Source of the DNA: Macrostomum lignano | Taxonomy: Eukaryota | Direction of reading: 5' to 3' | Length of the DNA stretch: 64,000 nt | Assembly (NCBI GenBank): GCA_002269645.1 | Contig: NIVC01001893.1 | Span: 1 to 64,000 of the forward strand | In this document: in pieces, positions 54,930-64,000 of the stretch | How positions within the stretch are numbered: position 1 is the first letter of the stretch | How the letters are laid out: each line of letters starts with the position of its first letter | The notes under the pieces: generated by a model | Told to the model about the DNA's origin: nothing | The model's input: the letters and a program-made list of their open reading frames with translations, nothing else | The model's database searches: none | Made by a program: the position numbers and the translations under genes

Positions 54930-55420
54930 TGCCAGCCATGGTTTGCCAACCCATGATTTGCCAGCAATGGTTTGCCAGCAATGGTTTGCCAGTTATGATT
55001 TGCCAGCCATGGTTTGCCAGCCATGGTTTGCCAGCAATGGTTTGCCAGCAATGTTTGCCAGCCATGGTTTGCCAGCAATGTTTGCCAGCCATGGTTTGCC
55101 AGCCATGGTTTGCCAGCCATGGTTTGCCAGCCATGGTTTGCCAGCAATGGTTTGCCAGCAATGTTTGCCAGCCATGGTTTGCCAGCAATGTTTGCCAGCC
55201 GGTTTGCCAGCCATGGTTTGCCAGCAATGGTTTGCCAGCCATGGTTTGCCAGCAATGTTTGCCAGCCATCGTTTGCCAGCAATGTTTGCCAGCCATCGTT
55301 TGCCAGCAATGTTTGCCAGCCATCGTTTGCCAGCCATATGGTTTGCCTTGCCTGTCGAAATTTGCCAGCCATAGTTTGCCAGCCATATGGTTTGCCTTGC
55401 TTGTCGAAGTTTGCCAGCCT
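54930..55420. repeat. 13/14-bp repeat TTTGCCAGC(C/A)ATG(G)
   Basis: Direct reading; overlapping ORFs are repeat translations. Confidence 0.92.
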
Positions 55421-57800
55421 GCCGAAATTTGCTGGAATCTACAGTAAACAAACTGGGGATGTTAAAGAGGTACAAAATGGAATTCTTAGTGCAGACAATG
55501 CATGTAAAGTAACATCTAGAATTCGTTTCACAAGTCATGTAGAGTTTGAAAATCTCTAAGAATTCTCTAAGTGAAATATACGGCTCGTATTTTACGAGCG
55601 TATTTTCAACTTCTCTAACAGCGATTCTTAAAAGTACTTTTGATTGAGCCAAAGCGAGTTCGGGCTCACGTTTTGTCACACCTAGGCAAACGTCCTTCTA
55701 GTGATAGAATACCGAACGTCATATCTTTTTCCATATTTTCCACGCATGCATAAATTTTTCGGCATCATAAAAATGCCCCGATAAGAGAGGTTAGCAAATA
55801 ATTCCACCTCTGTCGGAACATTCGAAATTCGATATTAACGTCAGTATTTTTATCTTTCCGAAGAATTCTGTGCAATGGGGCTATAGTTACCCCCCCCCCC
55901 CACTTGAGGGTATTTTAGTGGCCCATGCCAAGTGGAAAAGTTTGTAATTGGTTCTAACAACGTTTCAAAGTAACTGTTGCTGGTGCAGTTATTTTCGTTC
56001 GGTTAATTTGGTCTTCGGGTACACACTCTGATCGTTCGAGACTCACGAGGGTGGGTCATGTACAGTCACTAAAGAGAGATTTCAAGTCAGATCGTGGAAG
56101 GGGGGTTGGAAAAAACGTCTTGCGGGTGAATTCTAAATTACATGCAGTGCCCGCTCGGTAGAGGGCTAGGCGGTTTTACAGTCTAATGCCTGGTAAATTT
56201 CCACTGGACACACGTGAGCGCAGCGAGCCCCGACTCGGCAATCCAAGTAGTGTTAGAATAATTTTTCTAAACCAAATTTTTATCAATCAGTTCTGTATAG
56301 AGATAATTAGCTCAAAAACCTTTAAGGCTTGTAGTTGAGAAAATGCATGAAAGATTTAATTTTGTCGAAGTGAAGCTTCTAAATTATCGAATATTTGAAA
56401 TCGCAGCTGGTGTGCAAATCTGCTGACTATTTTGATATTTAGCTAGCTGCGTTTAGTGCGACAGGGTTTAAAGTCAATACAAAATCCATTTAATATCAGC
56501 TCTACTCAAATGTCAGTACTAACAGTACAGTACATGTGTACCTCATCTGTGTTGATCTAGAAGTATGAATAATTAAGTGCGATTCTGCAACGAAAACTAA
56601 TATGACTTGCAAATTAGTTTGTTTGTAAGGTTAATTCTATTTGCTCATGCCTATGCTCTTTTGTAATGGCGTCATCGTCAATTCACGAGAATTAGCCACT
56701 CGATTTTTCGGTCAAATACCTCAATCAGTTTCTTTTGGAGGGTTTCCCGAGTTAAAATTGGAGTTCGCTATCTGAAACCGTTTGCTGGGACCCCGAAGCT
56801 TTGCGTGACGCACGTGTCGTTAGAAAAGCAGTCAGTTCTCAGGGCGGACATCACTTTCGACCTTAAGTATACAGTAATAATACAGTTTTAGTAAAGTTCA
56901 TACATGATATGTACCTTTACATATCGTCACTAGGAAATAATTATTGAAAAATTATTATCCAACAAATTCCTTGCATGAACTAACTAATTTGATTGACTTT
57001 TTAAAAACTTGTTAGCTAGTTAATTAATAAACATGCATTTATTAAAACTGCTTGCATACATATGTAGCTAATTAAGACTCGATCTTAAGAAGAAATTTAA
57101 GCTATTTGATACTTCAAATTTTGAAGAATGTACGAGCGTACAGATTCAGTAGATTCTTGATACACTTCTTCCCTCATTGTATAGAACAACACGGATAAAA
57201 TCGTGATTGCTTGCTCATTGTAGTTAATATAAGACCCCTTTCAAGTTTTAGTATTTAATTTCCCATTTTGAAAGTCTTCAAACTGTTGAAATCAATCAGC
57301 CCAATTATTGAAATTGCTGCTTTCGATTTTCTGCTTCATCATTAGATTACCAGTTTAATATTTAAACACTATTTTATTTAGCTACCATCTGTAGCTAATT
57401 CTTTATTTTTTATGATTCACATTGTCGTTGTCATTTTAACCAATTAGATATTTTATTAATGCAATCTTCATTTGAACTAGCTCTTCTTTGATTTTCGCGC
57501 CAGCCAGAAAAACAAATTTTAAATACATTTGCATTACAATTAGTAAGGGACGAATCTTTCTGAGAGCGTAAAGAACTTTTTAGGACTGTATAGCTTCAAA
57601 GTGCTGTCATAAAGTTCTAAATTAAGCTCCTTAAATATATGTCACGATGATTCAAAAAGTGGAAGATTGCGTGCCTATTTAAGTAGCCAAAATTTCCACG
57701 AAGCGCGGTTGTCTTTCTTGCTATCTATAAGCACTTGTGACTGCCATACGGTTAATTAAGATACACTTGCCCAAAGCAACTCCGCACGAATCCCTTCGAA

Positions 57801-60800
57801 ATGACTACCAACAAGGGCGAAGGCTTCAAAACGTTTCTTTTCACTTCAGAGTCTGTCGGAGAAGGACATCCAGGTAAGCTTAAAAGGCCTAACAACCAGT
57901 GAACCATATAACTTGCAATATGGCCTATGCTATGGAGTAATGGAGTATGGGTTATTTTAAACTAAAAGAAAAGTTTATTAACAATATTTTCAATTTAAGC
58001 CTAATAGGCCTAGTTTTAATTTTTTAAACAACTTACAAATATTTTGAATGCATAACAATTGTCAATAATGCCAATATCAAATAGCAATAAATTTATTTTT
58101 GTACTTGTTATATTATTTCCATACTAATAATAATAATCTATTATGATATTATATAATACTAGGTCTACATAGGCTAACTAATATAATATTAGTTATTTAA
58201 TACTATCATGCTTGGGTGCAACCTAGGGATTCACCCAGCCATTTCTATTGGCAACACACACATGTAAGTCGCTATTGGATGGAATAGTAGTTGTATGACT
58301 GCTCTCAGCCAATAGCAACTTACATGTGTGTTGCCAATAGAAATGGCTAGGTGAATCCCAAGGTTGCACATATATGAATATTATTCCTATATAAATTAAG
58401 ACTAAGTCAATATTTGCAATTATATTTTATATTTATATAGCCATATAAGCCTATAGTAAAAGAAAGCAAGGGCTATTTACCATAGTCAGGAAGGTGGCAC
58501 AAGGTGTGCCAGAAGAATTTTTTAGGAAAAGATCTTTGGCATCATTGTTTGAATTGTATATTAGTGTATACTAAGGGTTTATTGCTAGAAATAATAACAA
58601 AACATTGTTTCTAGTGTCAATGTGTCATGGTGCACCAAATGACTTTTTTGACCTTTTGTCCTATCAGGATGGTGCACATTAAAAACATGCAAGTTGTAGC
58701 AACTGTGGCCCCTTGGCACATTTTTGTTTAACCCTTAATATCTGCACATTTTTATGCGCTAAATATTTTAGGGACTAGTAGTGTGAGCCATAATTGTGCG
58801 CCATATGCACTAGGAAGCTCAGTGTGCACCAAATATACTAAGGACTCCTTTTGTAGGCAAGAATGTTTTATAGCATAGGCCACCTTCCTGACTATGGGCC
58901 ATCTATAGTTCTAGCACTACCATAGTCCAATGGCCTTTTCATGAAAAATTCTAGTGCAGAGAGTGGTCTAGACTCTAGCACTTTGCTAATTGGTCTAGTA
59001 TAGCATAGAAAGTAGTTTATAGCTTTAAGTTTTATATAGCCAGATCCATAGACATTAAAAAATAGGTTCTGCTGCCATAGCTCTAGCCATTGACAATTAA
59101 GAAGGTAGTATATAGCATGCATATGAATGTTTTAAGATAATCTTATATAATCTGTGTGCCATCTATGGGCTGTTTCTTTATACTATTTCTGTGTTTTGAC
59201 ATAAATGCAAGTTAGATTAACAAGTAATTATATGTTTTATAATAAATTCTCAGAAAAAATATCTGTATGCTACATGTACTAAGGACCTTAGTAAGCACTG
59301 TCACTAGTTCTCAAAGACATTAGAGACTTCTTTTTATGTACAAAAATTTTCTTGATACAGTAATCTAATTTACTAATAATTATAGTAAAGAATGTACCGT
59401 ATCTATATAGACTTCCAAACCAAAGTGATTTTTTGAATAACTTATTATATATAGGATCAAGTGAGTATGTATTTATAATAAAAATAGTACTGAATCTTTT
59501 GATTTTCAGAGTAATAGTGCAATTTTATTCTAGGTTTTAAAGCTAAAAATGCTTTAATATTATACATTTAGTGACTTTTTTAAAGCTAACTTTTTTACAC
59601 ATCTATTCCTCCTTTGTTTAGACAAAATCTGCGATCAGGTCAGCGATGCAGTTCTAGATGCCCACCTGAAGCAGGATGCCAATGCTAAAGTGGCCTGCGA
59701 GTGCTTCACCAAGACTGGCATGATTATGGTTGGCGGCGAGATCAGCTCAACCGCTATTGTGGATTATCAGCGCGTCATTCGCGAGACAATCCGCCAGATT
59801 GGCTACGACGATTCTAGCAAAGGCTTCGATTATAAGACTTGCAATGTGCTAGTGGCGCTTGAAGAGCAGAGCCCGGACATTGCTCAGGGTGTCCACGTCG
59901 CCCGAGCTGACGATGACATTGGCGCTGGCGATCAGGGACTTATGTTTGGCTATGCCACCGACGAGACTGAGGAGTGCATGCCGCTCACCATTGTGCTGGC
60001 CCATGGGCTCAATGCTAGGCTGGCCCAGTGCAGACGTGACGGCACCCTTCCTTGGCTGAGGCCCGACACCAAAACTCAGGTTGGTTGAAGCCAGAGAAAG
60101 TCAGTATCAGTATGTGTGCTAATGAGGCTACTTTTGATTCAGTAAAGAGTTGAGGATCTAGAAGCCCTCTCACCCTAACCCCTAGGTTAAATCATTATTA
60201 ACCTAGTTGCAAGTTAAGTCAAGTTGCAATTGTAGTTTTGCATCTGGGTGACCTGAAGCAATGCAGAGTTAAGTGTCTTGCTCAAGGACACGAATTTTTC
60301 CAGTGGGTTCGGGAGTGGGATAGTGAGTCCGACGCTAAAATCACTGGGCTACAACCCCCACTAGGCTACAACCCCCCACTAGGCTACACCCCCCACTAGG
60401 CTACAACCCCCACTAGGCTACAACCCCCCACTAGGCTACACCCCCCACTAGGCTACACCCCCCCACTAGGCTACAACCCTCCACTAGGCTACAACCCCCC
60501 ACTAGGCTACAACCCCCCACTAGGCTACAACCCCCCACTAGGCTACAACCCCCCACTAGGCTACATCCCCCACTAGGCTACAACCCCCCACTAGGCTACA
60601 ACCCCTATTAATTTGATTAGTTATTGCAAATAATTAATTTGTACAATCGCACAAAATAAAGACACCATCTCAATTGCGCCAACCCTTAACCCGGCTTCTC
60701 AAGGTAACTGTTGAGTACAAAGACGAGAACGGCGCCTGTGTACCGCTGCGCATTCACACCATCGTTGTCAGCACCCAGCACGACGACAACATCACCCAGG

Positions 60801-62134
60801 AGAAGCTGCGCCACGATGTTATGGAGCACGTAGTTAAAGCCGTCTGTCCCAAGGAGATGCTGGACGAGCGCACCGTCTACCATCTGAACCCGTCTGGCCG
60901 GTTCGTCATCGGCGGCCCGCAGTCTGACGCGGGTCTCACTGGCCGCAAGATTATCGTTGATACCTACGGCGGCTGGGGCGCCCACGGCGGCGGCGCATTC
61001 TCTGGCAAAGATTTCAGCAAAGTGGACAGATCGGCCGCCTACGCCGCCCGTTGGGTTGCCAAATCGTTGGTGAAAGCCAAGCTGTGCCGCCGGGTGCTGG
61101 TTCAGATCAGCTACGCCATCGGCGTCGCCAAACCGCTGGCCGTCTATCTCAACTCCTACGGCACCGGCGCCAAGTCTGACGAGGAACTGCTGCGGATTGT
61201 TGAGACCAACTTCGACCTGCGGCCTGGCCGGATTGTCAAGTGAGTGAAAACTCATGGTTGCTCAGCTGTTTTGGGTCAAGACTCTCAGATTCTTATTTGC
61301 TAAATACTTAACTCCGCCGCAGGCTCAGCACAAAGCTTATCCTCTCTCTCCCAGACCCTTCAAACTTCAAAGTTAATCGCTCTTTCTCAGATCCTTCACA
61401 AGAAAAATCATCTTCCTCCCAGATCCTTCGAAGATAATCCGCTCCCTCTTAGAGCCCAGGATCCTTCAAAGATAATCCGCTCCCTCCCAGATCATTCAAA
61501 AGATAATCCGCTCCCTACCAGATCATTCAAAAGATAATCCGTTCCCTCCCAGATCATTCAAAAGATAATCCGCTCCCTCCCAGATCATTCAAAGATAATC
61601 CGCTCCCTCCCAGATCATTCAAAAGATAATCCGTTCCCTTCCAGATCCTTCAAAGATAATCCGCTGAGTCCATACATGCGCAACCTTGGGAATCACCCGG
61701 CCGTTTCTATTGGCAACACATACATGTAAGTCGCTATTGGCTGAGAGCAGTCACGTGACTACTATTCTGTCCAATAGCGACATACATGTGTGTGTTGCCA
61801 ATAGAAACGGCCGAGTGAATCCCAAGGTTGCGCCCAAGCATGATCCGCTCCCTCCGATCATTCATGAGGATCCACCCTCAGATCCCTCTGAACACTAACC
61901 CCTAATCAGACACTGCCTGATTTGCCAAGTTCAAGTTAAAATGTATGCATGAAATGTATTAAAATGCAAAAATTTCACTCCTAAATGATGCAACGCTTGA
62001 CTAATCCCAAACTCCTAATCCCCACCCGCAGGGACCTGGAGCTCCGCAAGCCGATCTACCAGAAGACCTCGTGCTACGGCCACTTCGGCAATCCGGAATT
62101 CTCCTGGGAGATGGCAAAGGAGCTGCAATTTTAA
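57801..62134 (+). CDS. MAT: S-adenosylmethionine synthetase, complete, 389 aa
   Basis: Exons 57801-57873, 59622-60079, 60704-61239 and 62032-62134 total 1170 nt. Motifs [28 protein letters not shown] and YGHFG. Confidence 0.97.
58207..58376. mobile_element. Palindromic hAT MITE family, copy 2 (CpG-decayed)
   Basis: Colinear with copy 1; TSD AATACTAT / AATATTAT (7/8); in MAT intron 1. Confidence 0.9.
58480..58897. mobile_element. MITE with 19-bp TIR in MAT intron 1
   Basis: CCATAGTCAGGAAGGTGGC / GCCACCTTCCTGACTATGG; internal GTGCAC repeats; no TSD seen. Confidence 0.7.
60347..60605. repeat. 19-20-bp repeat CTAGGCTACAACCCCCCA in MAT intron 2
   Basis: About 13 copies. Confidence 0.93.
61340..61665. 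repeat. 30-31-bp repeat AAAGATAATCCGCTCCCTCCCAGATCATTC in MAT intron 3
   Basis: About 8 good copies plus degenerate units; interrupted by a MITE. Confidence 0.88.
61671..61842. mobile_element. Palindromic hAT MITE family, copy 3 (reverse orientation, CpG-intact)
   Basis: CATACATGCGCAAC ... GTTGCGCCCAAGCATG; ATCCGCT flanks both sides, offset by 5 nt on the left; central GTCACGTGAC. Confidence 0.9.
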
Positions 62135-64000
62135 AACTGCGTCAGTTTCTTCTCTTTAACATCGTCAATAATAGGATATTAATGGAACAGTGAAGCTGAT
62201 AGTAACGTTTCGATAATATGATTAGCAGATTTGACTAACTCGAAAAGTACAGTGCTGCTTTCACCAACCTACCGGCAACAAGCTAATCCAAACTCATTAA
62301 AATACTCGTGGAAAAGTGCTTTTTAAACATTTCTTTAGCATTGGCTCTGTCAGTCCGACACTGCCACCACTTAATCAGCGAGCTATTTTGTTTGCTTGTT
62401 TGTTTAACTGCATTCATCTATTTCCTTACATATGTACTGTAAGTAGTTGACATAGATACTTACAAGATTATAAAGTATTTTCGGGCCAACTCAATTCCAG
62501 TTTTACTAAAATAACAGTAAAGCAATAAGTTTTTTAACTACTGATGCCTCTTGGTGTATAGCTATTGATTTTTCTCATTAATTTTCTCTATTTGATTAAA
62601 AAAACGCGGGTAATTAAGATTCATATTTTACGTTATTAAATTAACTTTACTCCCAATTAAATTTGAGTCGTGTGCTCAGCCTGATAAAGGGCTTTACATA
62701 GCAGTTTTCTATCTTGCAATAGCATTCTGCTCCCAGATCCATACCATTATCTTACTGGTTGCCTTTTAACTACTTATTATTATTTTCATTTTGCTACTAT
62801 TAATTTTGTAATCTCGGTATTCCATGATGTTTGCAGTTCCGTTTGTTTACCTTCCAGTGCGCGAGATTCAATAAGGTTTTCTGTCTTGATCTTGTGCCAA
62901 GACTTGACAACTAAACAGAAAGGGGTTGTTTTTAATAAGTTTTTTATCTAAGTTTTGCGGAATTTGCTGTCAGCAAGCTGTGCTGCTCTTCGAGAGTCAA
63001 AGCTCTTAATAACCGTTTTTGCCTGTCACAAGGAGTAATAAAATAAACGAACATCTTATTGCGAATGCGAAAGCATCAAATCTTTAAAAACGCTGACTTC
63101 ATAGATAATTACGAGCCGTAATTATGCATAGTTCGTTACAATGTACATTTTTACAGAGGCCTGATGGAACCCTGATGGAATTTTTGCATCACAATTTGCA
63201 GTACCGCTGTAGATTGATTATTTACATGTTGTACATATCACGTGTATATGCAAGCATATTTTGTAAGACATTTATACTCGTACTCAGCAACGCAGAAACC
63301 ACCACCCTTGGACAGGGAGCCAGAGTTAAAAACATTTCGCCCCCACTTGCAGTGTAGTGAGCGAAGTCAGTCGCTCGGCCAATACTGGGGGTTTTCAATT
63401 TTGCGTATTGTATATCCAAGGCTGAATAATAGGTTTTTTATTCTTAGGGGGGGGGGGGGTAACCGGGGGTTACAACGCCACCTCCCATACCTAGAATATT
63501 AAGCTATGTATGCAGTTGTAACTCGATCAGTACAGTTGGCGCCCTGTCTGCGTAATGCGTACGTATCCGGGCGCACCTGCTCAAGGGTAAGGCGGAATGA
63601 GCAGTAATGCCTCTCGCCGGTTTGGGTGACCCTCGAAACAAAAGTTGGCGTTATAACGAAGATTGTTTTGTGATTATCTTTGATCTTGTTTACAAAGCCT
63701 TCACTGCTTTCAAACGCTAAATACGTGTAACAATTTTATCTACTTACATCATGCATGTACCGTACATGCATTATGATGTACGCAATGCATGCACACTTAA
63801 AAAGCATTATCAGGCTGACGATCTGACTCTAATTCTTTAGAAGTATTCGCAGAATTAGCTAATTCAAAAGCCTACTTTGCCTTAGTTACTAAATTAAAAC
63901 AAAAACACTTGACACACGTGTTTGTTAATATTTTTAAGTTAATAAGTGATACTTACCACTTTTAGCATAGACTTAAGATACATTTTAATTTCTATAAATT

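Noticed and set aside
54644-55679. WQTMAGK-repeat ORFs
   Set aside because: Open on both strands and in several frames because the 13/14-bp repeat lacks stops.
57801-63160. METTL16/METT-10 UACAGA(G/A)A feedback element in the SAM synthetase gene
   Set aside because: No splice acceptor has the motif. TAGGCTACA in the intron-2 repeat is followed by A/C rather than GAGAA, and TACAGAGG at ~63152 is 1 kb past the stop with no hairpin stem.
63535-63548. TGGCGCCC as an LTR primer-binding site
   Set aside because: No LTR pair or gag/pol sequence nearby.

Overview
Eukaryotic (metazoan) genomic DNA with spliceosomal GT-AG introns. GC-rich exons with poly-Ala/poly-Gln, short introns and abundant satellites suggest a Macrostomum-like flatworm (inference only). 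Several single-base deletions inside coding regions point to an error-prone long-read assembly. Genes in order: the 3' part of a large multi-exon cadherin with a membrane-adjacent domain, TM helix and PDZ-type tail (+, 1-12691); an uncharacterised ORF (-, 14.7-15.4 kb); two tandem intronless SLC46-like MFS transporters (+), each with one frameshift; an intronless reticulon (-); a B-Raf-type kinase (-, exons traced from 44024 to 28759) whose introns are filled with different satellites; a small UBA-domain gene (+); and a complete 4-exon S-adenosylmethionine synthetase (+). Mobile DNA: a young 5'-truncated RNase H-bearing LINE with a 15-bp TSD, a decayed piggyBac interrupted by a hAT MITE, and several foldback/hAT MITEs. 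Top observations: (1) Raf appears to have two phase-matched, mutually exclusive CR2 exons, one BRAF-like (RSSSAPNV) and one CRAF-like (RCFSTPNV); (2) the piggyBac carries a second Cys-rich ORF, present in both arms of a long inverted duplication; (3) intronic CpG deserts, with CpG decay readable across three copies of one MITE; (4) an AP-1-site minisatellite upstream of the reticulon gene.
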